64,000 nucleotides of DNA, taken from the IMG/VR virus record IMGVR_UViG_3300021962_000060, positions 26,922 to 90,921 of that record; one strand, given 5' to 3'. Source of the stretch: a virus. Positions 1-8,463 of the stretch are shown one piece after another. Numbering within the stretch: position 1 is the stretch's first letter; every line of letters begins with the position of its first letter. A program made the position numbers and the translations under genes. A model generated the notes under the pieces. That model did no database searches. It saw only the letters and a list, made by a program, of their open reading frames with translations, and was not told where the DNA came from.

Positions 1-105
1 TTCGCTAAGACCTTTGTTCTGGCAACTGTCAGCCATACAATAATTCAAACCAATCTCAGCACGCTCATCTGAATAATCACAGTTACAATAAATGCATTTA
101 GCCAT
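1..105 (-). CDS. Partial small C4 zinc-finger protein (DksA/TraR-like spacing), runs off left edge
   Basis: Hand translation MAKCIYCNCDYSDERAEIGLNYCMADSCQNKGLSE; ATG overlaps TAA of the upstream ORF (TAATG). Confidence 0.6.
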   Translation of the reverse strand, partial: MAKCIYCNCDYSDERAEIGLNYCMADSCQNKGLSE

Positions 106-284
106 TACTCCCAACTCTTTCTCTCAAAGTTGCCATCAAACGATTCAATAATCAAAGCAAGCATCTTGGCCATTGACTTAAACTTTTCTTTTTCCCAAAA
201 ATCAAGAGAAGCACTTGTGCTCCAATAATGGCAAGATTCATACTCACTTTTCAATTTGTTAAGAATTTGTTCTGCGGAAGCCAT
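105..284 (-). CDS. Hypothetical protein (59 aa)
   Basis: Track ORF 105..305; start moved to the ATG in the TGATG overlap at 284. Confidence 0.6.
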   Translation of the reverse strand: MASAEQILNKLKSEYESCHYWSTSASLDFWEKEKFKSMAKMLALIIESFDGNFERKSWE

Positions 285-502
285 CACAGCCATTCTTTCA
301 TCCAAGCAATATCTTCTTCCTTAATACCACGAACAAAATCTGAAACAAAAGACATATAGAATCTAAGTTCACTCACAGTAATAGTTCCATCATGAATTTG
401 ATTCAAAAGATAATTCAACTCTTTTGTAACAAAAGCAAGCTGCATCCTTTCGACCAAATCAAAACGAGAAGCATAATCTGTGTAGTTATTCACTGGCTTC
501 AT
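284..502 (-). CDS. Hypothetical protein
   Basis: TGATG coupling at both ends. Confidence 0.65.
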   Translation of the reverse strand: MKPVNNYTDYASRFDLVERMQLAFVTKELNYLLNQIHDGTITVSELRFYMSFVSDFVRGIKEEDIAWMKEWL

Positions 503-687
503 CAAACCCTCGCTTTTGGCTTGTCTTCATCATTAATCCAAACAGAATTCATGGTTTTCTCAAATGCTTCACTATGAGAATGACCATTGTAAACTCTTTC
601 CATATAATATTCACGACAAAAAGCTTTTGACCATCCAAGATTCATTAGTAAATTAATTGCATTTTCATAGTTTTCTTTTTTGGACAT
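502..687 (-). CDS. Hypothetical protein, paralog of 665..877
   Basis: AAGGAG RBS; shared GWS..F..EY......G.S...AF.K.MNS motif. Confidence 0.75.
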   Translation of the reverse strand: MSKKENYENAINLLMNLGWSKAFCREYYMERVYNGHSHSEAFEKTMNSVWINDEDKPKARV

Positions 688-877
688 TAGATTTATCTCC
701 TTTTGGTTTTTTTGAATTAGGAATATAAGGTGAATTCATTGCTTTTTTGAAAGCTCTTTCACTAGAAAGACCATCAAAACGCTTTGCGATAAAATACTCT
801 ATTGCGAATGGATAAGACCAACCAAACTTCACAACAAGTTCTTCGATTTCTTTTCTGTACAGTGGATTAGAAAGCAT
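665..877 (-). CDS. Hypothetical protein, paralog of 502..687
   Basis: AGGAG RBS before ATG 877; motif shared with neighbour. Confidence 0.75.
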   Translation of the reverse strand: MLSNPLYRKEIEELVVKFGWSYPFAIEYFIAKRFDGLSSERAFKKAMNSPYIPNSKKPKGDKSNVQKRKL

Positions 878-879
878 AA

Positions 880-1074
880 TCAATCTCCTACATACCACCA
901 AAGATCGCCAAAGTATTCGGAAAGATTATTCCAATCTTCCTTTGTAATAATACCGGCAGCAACAGCACTTTGGCAATAACTAGCTCTACTATTATAATTA
1001 AATGTATCAGGAACATTCACTCTTGCCCATTCAGCAGCAATATTGAATACTTCTTTCATTTTAGCTCTGTCCAT
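880..1074 (-). CDS. Hypothetical protein (64 aa)
   Basis: GGAG RBS before ATG 1074, 1 nt after the upstream stop; the track extension to 1242 overlaps the upstream gene. Confidence 0.65.
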   Translation of the reverse strand: MDRAKMKEVFNIAAEWARVNVPDTFNYNSRASYCQSAVAAGIITKEDWNNLSEYFGDLWWYVGD

Positions 1075-1075
1075 T

Positions 1076-1552
1076 TCAGTTCTCCGTTTCTTTGTATTCT
1101 TCTTCCAAATTACAGGCAATACACATACACAAACCATCTTCCTCAATCCACAATTCATCATTTGGATATTCTTCATCACAGAAGTAGCAGAAGAAAGTTT
1201 GAAATTCTTCTTCTGTATCTTCTTCACAATCCTCATTGTCAATGATTACAACATCTTCAACAACATCTTCATCTTCAACATCAGAGACATTGGTGAAAAC
1301 CGACTCAAGAGCAATCTCATAAAGCCATCTACCCTCAAGATACTTATCGTAAGGATTCTCCTTGCCAGAACCCTTATTCCTTCTCTCCCACATACGATAA
1401 AGAGTAAGATAGTGTCGAGTCTCATCTTTACCGTCACACAAACGAAAAGCACCAATAACCCACCTATCTCTAGGCTTGCGATTGCGTCGAGTTGTCTGAA
1501 CAGAATCAGAATCAATAATCACAAAGTCATCATTCACATCAGTCATAATCAC
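1076..1552 (-). CDS. Hypothetical acidic protein with C-terminal CxxC...CxxC
   Basis: Track ORF; D/E-rich linker; CYFC and CIAC. Confidence 0.7.
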   Translation of the reverse strand: MIMTDVNDDFVIIDSDSVQTTRRNRKPRDRWVIGAFRLCDGKDETRHYLTLYRMWERRNKGSGKENPYDKYLEGRWLYEIALESVFTNVSDVEDEDVVEDVVIIDNEDCEEDTEEEFQTFFCYFCDEEYPNDELWIEEDGLCMCIACNLEEEYKETEN

Positions 1553-1872
1553 TTGCCTTTCTGTACGGGGAAATAAGCAACATTCTTGATAGTAGAACCA
1601 AAGAAAGAACCACCGTTATGATTATGCTTTGCCCTACGGCCGGCTCGCAGTTTCATAACATAATCAGTACCTTGAGGATAATGAATCTTCTTCTTGATGT
1701 AATCAAACAAGGAGTTTGCCTCAACTCGTTTGCCAGAACTAAACACAAAGACGTAATAATCTTTGCCATCTTTGCTGACGATTTCCCAAGACATAATGCG
1801 ACCGTAATCAACACCATTTACATCATAGGAAATACCAACAATAGCATTACATTTATCTTCCATCTCAGACAT
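1549..1872 (-). CDS. Hypothetical protein, first gene of the small-ORF operon
   Basis: GAAAGGGA RBS; GTGA overlap with next gene. Confidence 0.7.
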   Translation of the reverse strand: MSEMEDKCNAIVGISYDVNGVDYGRIMSWEIVSKDGKDYYVFVFSSGKRVEANSLFDYIKKKIHYPQGTDYVMKLRAGRRAKHNHNGGSFFGSTIKNVAYFPVQKGK

Positions 1873-1919
1873 AACTGTTTCCCTTTCTATGATTTATCTT
1901 GCCCAATACCTGAACACTT

Positions 1920-2050
1920 GCGAGATAATACGCAGAGATAATACCAAACAAACACTTACAGAAATAGTAAGCAATACTCTCGCATTTGACTCGCCCATTG
2001 CTTTCCACAAATACGAGACTATCATAGGGACAAACCCAGGGAAAACTGAA
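1920..2050 (-). promoter_or_regulatory. Putative tandem sigma70-type promoters for the small-ORF region
   Basis: Minus strand TGG-TATTAT and TGA-TAGTCT extended -10-like boxes; direct repeat GAGATAATAC at 1922 and 1935. Confidence 0.4.
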
Positions 2051-2109
2051 CAGTAATTTTGTTTTTTGGCGAGAAAAGATTTGCACAAACGCAAGGAAAT
2101 GCGTCGAGA

Positions 2110-2189
2110 CCGGCCCTCTAACGTTAGAGGGGTTCTAACGTTACAGATGCTCTAACGTTACAGAGGAAATACATCAAAGATAGGGCCGG
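2110..2189. repeat. Three TCTAACGTTA units at 17-bp period, enclosed by the inverted repeat CCGGCCCT/AGGGCCGG
   Basis: Units at 2117, 2134, 2151; 18-bp perfect palindrome CCCTCTAACGTTAGAGGG at 2114-2131. Confidence 0.9.
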
Positions 2190-2306
2190 CTTTTAGAAAG
2201 AACAAGCTCGAGATTTTACATCGTCTTGGTATGTAAAACATAAGGTAATGAACACCACGCATTCTTTTACTCAATTCATACAAAAATTGAGTATGCGGCA
2301 GAGCGA

Positions 2307-3176
2307 CTATTTTTTCTTCTTAGAATTTTTGGATTTTGAAACTGAATTGACTGGATTACCATCATCATCAAGCACAGTTGCGTTATCGACAATCCAATCA
2401 ATAAGCCGGCCCTTATACTCAAACCGACCTAGGTGAGTTAACTCAATAGAAGGATCCACCCAAACCTCTCCGCCAATCTTCTGCCAATACCTTCCAAATC
2501 CATAGTCCTCAGACAAGAATCTTCCATCTTCATCGACATAACTATTGAACAGAGCATAAGAATAATCTCTTTCTGGACCCTTTAATGCACCAGTATCATC
2601 AACATACTTTAACTCAGGATAGGCTTCAAACAACTTCTCAAAAGCAGAACGCTTGATCAACATAAATCCTGTGCCGGCATCATAAATGGAAAGAGCACCA
2701 TTTTCCATTCTAATCTTATTGTCGCCCTTAGTCGCAGGATTGACCACAAATCTTGTGCTCTTTTCGGCAATCTTATCTTTGTCAAAATCATTTTTAGCTA
2801 GATGGACGACTTTATCCCACAAAATTTCTTTGATCGGATAAGCACCTGTCATAATTTCTTTATCATGCCATAGCATCTTGAGAATATCTTCATAATTGTA
2901 ACCAAGATCAACATCAATGAAAAGAAGATGCGTAAACATTGGATTAGCCATAAACTTAGCAACTAATTGATTTCGCGCTCTAGAGATTAGAGAATCACTA
3001 ATAGTGCTAATACCAAACTTCATACCGTATTCCTTAAAAGCCATAGCTGCCTTTATGGTGGACATAAAAAAAGGCTCAGTGATTTGCCTATCATAACAAG
3101 GAAGGCAAATAAGAGGATGCCAAGATTGAATTTGATCGGCAGAAATTTCAATATTTTGTTCGGTGGTTTCAAGCAT
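2307..3176 (-). CDS. GT-A fold (GT2-like) glycosyltransferase
   Basis: SRARN, LLFIDVD (DxD), GTGFMLIKR, LSEDYGF and HLG motifs; TGG-TATACT 6 nt before ATG 3176 (leaderless start). Confidence 0.75.
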   Translation of the reverse strand: MLETTEQNIEISADQIQSWHPLICLPCYDRQITEPFFMSTIKAAMAFKEYGMKFGISTISDSLISRARNQLVAKFMANPMFTHLLFIDVDLGYNYEDILKMLWHDKEIMTGAYPIKEILWDKVVHLAKNDFDKDKIAEKSTRFVVNPATKGDNKIRMENGALSIYDAGTGFMLIKRSAFEKLFEAYPELKYVDDTGALKGPERDYSYALFNSYVDEDGRFLSEDYGFGRYWQKIGGEVWVDPSIELTHLGRFEYKGRLIDWIVDNATVLDDDGNPVNSVSKSKNSKKKK

Positions 3177-3191
3177 GAAACAAGTATACCA

Positions 3192-3234
3192 AAACAAAAA
3201 ACCCTACGGTGTGAAACCGTAGGGTTTTTTGTTT
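3192..3234. terminator. Intrinsic terminator, potentially bidirectional
   Basis: AAACAAAAAACCCTACGGT-gtgaa-ACCGTAGGGTTTTTTGTTT. Confidence 0.85.
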
Positions 3235-3251
3235 GATTATTTTAATGAAGA

Positions 3252-3608
3252 TTACTTGCTGGAAGCCTTAGCATTGCTAGTCTTGATCGCCTTGATATCA
3301 GAAGTCTTTACTTCGGTAGTAGTGTTACGCTCAACACTATCAGCACCCATACGAGTAGCCTTGAAGTAGAGTTTCTGCTCAGTAGCATCAAAACGAATAA
3401 TAACCTTGTAATTCAACTTCTTAGCCTGTGCGCGAATACGCTGTTGCATTGAATTATAAGCCTTACCAGGCTGAACGCCAGACAAAGCAAAACGCTCTCC
3501 GTTATTAGCAGACTCAGTTAAAGCGCTAATAATTGCCTGAAGTTCTTCACTAACACGACCGGAACGAGTAAGTTCGGGGAAAGTGTCCACTTTGCTCAGA
3601 TTAATCAT
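3252..3608 (-). CDS. Hypothetical basic protein, possibly DNA-binding, with own promoter and terminator
   Basis: AAGGAG RBS before ATG 3608; GTG-TATAGT upstream. Confidence 0.75.
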   Translation of the reverse strand: MINLSKVDTFPELTRSGRVSEELQAIISALTESANNGERFALSGVQPGKAYNSMQQRIRAQAKKLNYKVIIRFDATEQKLYFKATRMGADSVERNTTTEVKTSDIKAIKTSNAKASSK

Positions 3609-3718
3609 TTGTATTCTCCTTGATAGTGGGCGGTTGCCCTTGACGGAAAACACTATACACGCCCCATAGGGCAGGCGTTGCGAAAAGGCAAGAAATGTTA
3701 TTTCTCTCGAAAAGAAAT

Positions 3719-3907
3719 TTAATTCTTGGTCTTATTCCTCGTCAAGGGCGTATCGGGAGGAGTAGAGAAATCGTCGGTATTACCAGATGCAATCTTCTCC
3801 AATTTTGTGATATAAATCCTTGCAACAGCCAGTTCAAAATTCAAAGTAGCTATTTGATTATTAAGCACAGAAATAATCTCACTAGGCTCGATCTCTATAT
3901 TGCTCAT
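3719..3907 (-). CDS. Small coiled-coil hypothetical protein
   Basis: ATGA overlap with the terminase stop. Confidence 0.65.
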   Translation of the reverse strand: MSNIEIEPSEIISVLNNQIATLNFELAVARIYITKLEKIASGNTDDFSTPPDTPLTRNKTKN

Positions 3908-5646
3908 ATTGATTCTATCCATTTCTCATTATTAATATAGTCAACATTGTGTTGACCATACCCTGGTGTAAACTCACCAAGATCTCTATTGTACACCTTT
4001 ACAGTGCCAAAATCTTCCATTTCCTCTTCATAATCCCATACTTTGTCAGGTGTCAATATTTCAATATCAACTTCTGTATCGTAGGCCATATTTTGAATAC
4101 AATTAAATACAGCGCCGGCTAATGCATCTGCTAAGTCTTTAGAACCACTACTTGGGTGATCTATCTTGTTATTATTAAACAACCTTAACTTCAAGAGCTC
4201 TTCTTCAACAAGAAGTTCATTCCAATATCCGCGAAGTCGAGTATCGTATATTGAAGTCATAAGAGTATCATAATCTGACTTTTTAACAGAATGGAAGTCG
4301 GCATTAATACCTTGAGATCTTAATGATTGAATCATTTCTACAGACTGCCATCTATCAAAAGTTACTAATCCAACTTGAAATTTACGACAAAGATCAACAA
4401 CCATCTGTCTTACAGAAGCAAAGTTAATTTCCGCACCAACACTTGCTTCCCAAGAATGAACTAGATCAACATTAACCACAGGTAGTGTTTCAACACCCAT
4501 AGAAGTTTTAACTTCTTTAAAGCCGGCCCCATGAGCCATGCATAAAGCAGCCCTATCTCGTTTTAAACCCAAGTCAATATGTATAAACCTTGTGTGACCG
4601 TCAGTACCATTAAACCACTTCTTAAAGTTGCCATCCTCTTCATCAATAGGATCCTCACCATAAGTAAAAGCTTTTCTAACAAGATCAGCATCTCTAAAAT
4701 ATGCGTCTTCCATATTCGGCGGTTCACACTCAAAACGCGCTCTTGCCTCAATAGGATTTCTAATAAACTCAGACTCAAGATCACTACGCTTAATCGTAGG
4801 ATTAACTTCCCAAGTTGCAGCTTTGATAAACCAAGTTTTTGGTTCTTTATTCTTCTCAGCACCAAAATATCTTTGCTGAATAAAGTCACCTTTGTACCGA
4901 GGGAAAGACAATAGAATTACCTTACCAACTTCTGGGAAACGTGACATTACAGATAATTTACTCATGTTATAAATAGCAGAAGCGGAGCCTTTAGATCTTG
5001 TTTCTCCACGTAATTCAGCATCAGTTTTGAAAGCAGAAATTTCGTCTAAAATCACAGACATAACCTCATAACCTTCCCATCCTTCACTTTCAGAGTGACC
5101 AGAGAAACACCTTACAGGTCTAGAGAAGAAAAAGATTTCCGATACTCTTGGCTCAAATCCAACTTCATTGAAGAAAGGTGAAGATAGCAAAAGATTTTTT
5201 AAAGGCTCAAAGAAAACTCTCTGAGCTTGCTGAGCGTTCACTGCAAGGTTTAATAGATCTATATACACACCAGTAGCTTTGCCGTAATAAGCCAATGGAT
5301 CCCTTAAGCAGTGTAACAAATATGCTGTATAAGCAATAGAGATTCTGGCACAGTGATCCTTACCGGATCCCTTTCCAAGCATGCATATAACCTCATTGTC
5401 AGTATATTTGTTATACCACTCTTCACCGGCCTGTTCACCCATAATCTTTTGTAACGTATGTTTTTTTAAAATTTGTGTGGAATGGCGCACAATTTCCAAT
5501 TGGATGGGCGATAATGGTGGTAGCCCAAGGTATTTTTTGTCTTGCACAAAAACTTCAATAGGAACAGGTTCTGTGGACAATTCATCTTGCTTTAATAATC
5601 TATCAAAATCTTTAAACTCAAGATTCATTCCAATAAAATCTGACAT
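3904..5646 (-). CDS. terL: Terminase large subunit
   Basis: Walker A GKGSGKD, Walker B VILDE, RNase H-like HIDLG and DLADA. Confidence 0.9.
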   Translation of the reverse strand: MSDFIGMNLEFKDFDRLLKQDELSTEPVPIEVFVQDKKYLGLPPLSPIQLEIVRHSTQILKKHTLQKIMGEQAGEEWYNKYTDNEVICMLGKGSGKDHCARISIAYTAYLLHCLRDPLAYYGKATGVYIDLLNLAVNAQQAQRVFFEPLKNLLLSSPFFNEVGFEPRVSEIFFFSRPVRCFSGHSESEGWEGYEVMSVILDEISAFKTDAELRGETRSKGSASAIYNMSKLSVMSRFPEVGKVILLSFPRYKGDFIQQRYFGAEKNKEPKTWFIKAATWEVNPTIKRSDLESEFIRNPIEARARFECEPPNMEDAYFRDADLVRKAFTYGEDPIDEEDGNFKKWFNGTDGHTRFIHIDLGLKRDRAALCMAHGAGFKEVKTSMGVETLPVVNVDLVHSWEASVGAEINFASVRQMVVDLCRKFQVGLVTFDRWQSVEMIQSLRSQGINADFHSVKKSDYDTLMTSIYDTRLRGYWNELLVEEELLKLRLFNNNKIDHPSSGSKDLADALAGAVFNCIQNMAYDTEVDIEILTPDKVWDYEEEMEDFGTVKVYNRDLGEFTPGYGQHNVDYINNEKWIESI

Positions 5647-5756
5647 TATAAACCATCTCCTATACGCAACATGATTCCTCTGACTTTATGTGAGCTAATT
5701 TTTGAGTCCGAATGAATGACTTTATGAGAGCTCAATTTTACGTCCGAATGAATCAT
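5646..5756 (-). CDS. Putative 36-aa peptide with a 12-aa tandem repeat, also a 2x36-bp DNA repeat at 5681-5752
   Basis: MIHSDVKLSSHKVIHSDSKISSHKVRGIMLRIGDGL; TAA overlaps terL ATG. Confidence 0.45.
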   Translation of the reverse strand: MIHSDVKLSSHKVIHSDSKISSHKVRGIMLRIGDGL

Positions 5757-5762
5757 TTTTTA

Positions 5763-6377
5763 CTATTCAACAATTTCTGCATCGTCAATGTCGGTAGTAT
5801 TATAAGTATCTGGATCAGACGCTGATTCAGCGTTACCGTTCATTATTTCAAATGCGAGAGCAAGTTCTTTTCTAACTTCTTCAGCAATTTCTGGATATTT
5901 TGATATAACATCTCTCAAAATTTTTGAGAGAATTTGATTGACACTCTCTGCTTTTTGCATTCGTGCAATGTAGTCACTGTCAGTAGAATTTCCTCCACTA
6001 ATCAATTTATGGAGTTGAGCCTTTTTGCCGGCAATATCTGACGCAAGTTTTAAAGCCTGGATTCTAACAGCAACCATGCCATGATCAGTAGCGATATTAA
6101 CAGTCTCCCAGGCTTCTTTGCTTATTTGATCAAATTCCTGCAGCGCTTTGATAGTATTAAACTGTATTTTTTCTAGGAAGTAAGGATCTTCATCAGCCTT
6201 TTTTTGCAAGAAATTTTTATACTGTTGAACATACTCTTTTGCCTTAGTGGAAGATACAGATAAAAGAGATCCTATCTCGCTGTAAGAGTAGCCTTTAATA
6301 TGCAGAATACCAGCATCCTCTATATCTTTAAGTTCAGATAAAATATCTTTACTGTTTGACTTTTCTATTTCAGTCAT
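5763..6377 (-). CDS. Probable terminase small subunit
   Basis: N-terminal HTH-like GYSYSEIGSLLSVS, helical body, position upstream of terL. Confidence 0.6.
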   Translation of the reverse strand: MTEIEKSNSKDILSELKDIEDAGILHIKGYSYSEIGSLLSVSSTKAKEYVQQYKNFLQKKADEDPYFLEKIQFNTIKALQEFDQISKEAWETVNIATDHGMVAVRIQALKLASDIAGKKAQLHKLISGGNSTDSDYIARMQKAESVNQILSKILRDVISKYPEIAEEVRKELALAFEIMNGNAESASDPDTYNTTDIDDAEIVE

Positions 6378-7420
6378 ACAAGTTCCATCAACCTCTGTTT
6401 ATAAGGTAAGACAACATTATCCCAAGAATAACGGTTATGAATGTAATGCGACCCATGTTTTGTCTTTTCTAATATCATGTCATAATTATTAATGACATAT
6501 AACATTTTATCACAAACATCATCAATTTTTGGGTCAGCCCAGTCACCATTTTCATAAATTCCAAACTGGTAAGCACTTGACATATCAGCCTCCAGAGGCA
6601 CGGAGAGGTACGCAAATTCGCTACAGGCTGTTCTATTTGTACAGATGGTCGGTAGCCCCGTAGCAATTGATTGAAAAGGAGCCATGCCCCACCCTTCACC
6701 TCTGGTTGGGTACACCATACAATGACACCTATTAAACAAAGCAGCAAGTTCTTCGTCTGTTAGATAGTAATCAATGATTTCAATATTAGAGATATCATAA
6801 AGACCACCTATATTTTGACCGTCAACAATGACTCTAGCATCAGGCTGACCATTGCTTTTTAAAACTAACTTATAATTAGGATTATCTTTAAAAAGTCTAA
6901 GAAATGCATTAACAACAAGTTGCGTATTTTTTCTTGTAGACGGGCTGCCTACATGAATAAAGGTAAATGGGCCAACACAGTTTGAGCGATTAAAATAAGA
7001 AAAAACATTTGTATCAACACCAAGATCAAAACCATACACAGGAACACTTACACCACTATTTAAAAATACATCAACAGCCCAAGACGATGTAGTCCACACC
7101 TCATCACACAAATTTATTCTTTCAACCCAGTCAGGCGGCAACATTGTTGTTTCCCAGTATGTAAAACCTATAGTGTAATCTTGATCATATGAGTAATCTG
7201 TTGGAAGACAATTATTCACCACAATATCAATATTCTCTGGTTGGGGAATAAGACGTATCCCATCAATTTCTGAGATAGAAATGCTATATGTATCGCTACA
7301 AGAAATATCCTCAAGACTTAGAACATTCATAGATCTAAGCCTTGAGGATATATTCATAGACGCATAGGAATAACCGTCAGCCTTCGCTTTCGTCAGTGTT
7401 CTCCAATATACGCTCTTCAT
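6374..7420 (-). CDS. GT4 (GT-B) glycosyltransferase
   Basis: YWET, DEVWTTS, RKN, YPTRGEGWGMAPFQSIATGLP. Confidence 0.9.
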   Translation of the reverse strand: MKSVYWRTLTKAKADGYSYASMNISSRLRSMNVLSLEDISCSDTYSISISEIDGIRLIPQPENIDIVVNNCLPTDYSYDQDYTIGFTYWETTMLPPDWVERINLCDEVWTTSSWAVDVFLNSGVSVPVYGFDLGVDTNVFSYFNRSNCVGPFTFIHVGSPSTRKNTQLVVNAFLRLFKDNPNYKLVLKSNGQPDARVIVDGQNIGGLYDISNIEIIDYYLTDEELAALFNRCHCMVYPTRGEGWGMAPFQSIATGLPTICTNRTACSEFAYLSVPLEADMSSAYQFGIYENGDWADPKIDDVCDKMLYVINNYDMILEKTKHGSHYIHNRYSWDNVVLPYKQRLMELV

Positions 7421-7505
7421 TCTCAATTACCTTATAAAGCTTCACATTGCCAAGATCCGCAATCAGAACCTCTTCCTGTTCCACTTTCTCAATTTTAACA
7501 GACAT
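7377..7505 (-). CDS. Unannotated acidic 42-aa peptide overlapping the GT start
   Basis: AAAGGAGG RBS, ATG 7505, MSVKIEKVEQEEVLIADLGNVKLYKVIENEERILENTDESEG. Confidence 0.6.
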   Translation of the reverse strand: MSVKIEKVEQEEVLIADLGNVKLYKVIENEERILENTDESEG

Positions 7506-7551
7506 ACTACCTCCTTTCTTCAATAAAATTAAAAGATATAGTAATACTTAG

Positions 7552-8460
7552 TCAGTCTTCAGTTGAATTACTAAATTCGCAAGTTGAGCATAAATCTCCA
7601 ACTTGTAAATTCGCTTTATGCTTTATATTTTTCTCACTGCCCCATCCCCACTTTTTTCTTTCATCGGGTATGGAATTATTACATTTAACTTTTTCTTCTA
7701 AAGTGTTTAAATATTCAACAAAATCTGGGAAGAAGAATTGCAATTGGTCTTTTTCTCCACGCTTAGCAAATGAACCACACAAGCACTCACCAGACATATG
7801 AATCATATCAGAAACGGGATTCCTAGGGATATCTTTATTAATTTTTCTATACAAATTAATATCGGCTTTTGTCCAATTGACAATCGGAGAAATCCATACA
7901 ACAGATCTATTACGAACAAAAACAGGAGAGTCTTTTCTACGGGAAGACTCATCTCTTCTTTTACCACTTAAAAACACAATTCTTTGCTTTTTTGGTATAT
8001 TATTTTCTTTAACAGCTTTTCTTAAAGCCCTTTCTTTAAGTCTTTGATACATTACAAAATGTTGACTTGGGCCAGGAAATCCATTTTCAATTATTAAATT
8101 TTCATAACTGTCTTTATCATCAGACATATATGTTTTTAAAGGAATATTGAAATTTAAACAAGTATTTTTTACATAATCATACGTTTGAGAAATACCAATC
8201 CCTGTGTTTACATGAATTGCAAAATTTGCTATATCTTTGAATAAATAAAACAATACAGTCGAATCATTACCGCCAGAAAATAAAATGCATGTATTTGACA
8301 ATTCTTTTTTATCATCTAAGATATGACATTGAACTCCAAGATTGTATATCTCATAAGCTTCTTGAATCAATAAATTCAATCTTAATAAAGCATCATCATC
8401 ACTTAAAAGTAAGACTTCTTTATTAGTCATTTTTAAGTTTTGAAACTTGTCTAAGTCCAT
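7552..8460 (-). CDS. PAPS reductase/DndC-like PP-loop family protein
   Basis: ILFSGGNDS PP-loop, GKRRDESSRR, SPIVNWT, SGECLCG. Confidence 0.8.
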   Translation of the reverse strand: MDLDKFQNLKMTNKEVLLLSDDDALLRLNLLIQEAYEIYNLGVQCHILDDKKELSNTCILFSGGNDSTVLFYLFKDIANFAIHVNTGIGISQTYDYVKNTCLNFNIPLKTYMSDDKDSYENLIIENGFPGPSQHFVMYQRLKERALRKAVKENNIPKKQRIVFLSGKRRDESSRRKDSPVFVRNRSVVWISPIVNWTKADINLYRKINKDIPRNPVSDMIHMSGECLCGSFAKRGEKDQLQFFFPDFVEYLNTLEEKVKCNNSIPDERKKWGWGSEKNIKHKANLQVGDLCSTCEFSNSTED

Positions 8461-8463
8461 AAA

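Noticed and set aside
2110-2170. Possible mini-CRISPR array given the Cas4-like gene
   Set aside because: 10-bp repeats with 7-bp gaps are far too short; solo Cas4-like nucleases are common in phages; no other cas genes
1865-2436. Short ORFs 1865..2086, 1894..2094 and 2248..2436
   Set aside because: No RBS; they overlap promoter-like and repeat elements or lie antisense to the GT gene
5681-5752. 36-bp repeats as CRISPR repeats
   Set aside because: Directly abutting with no spacer, only two copies
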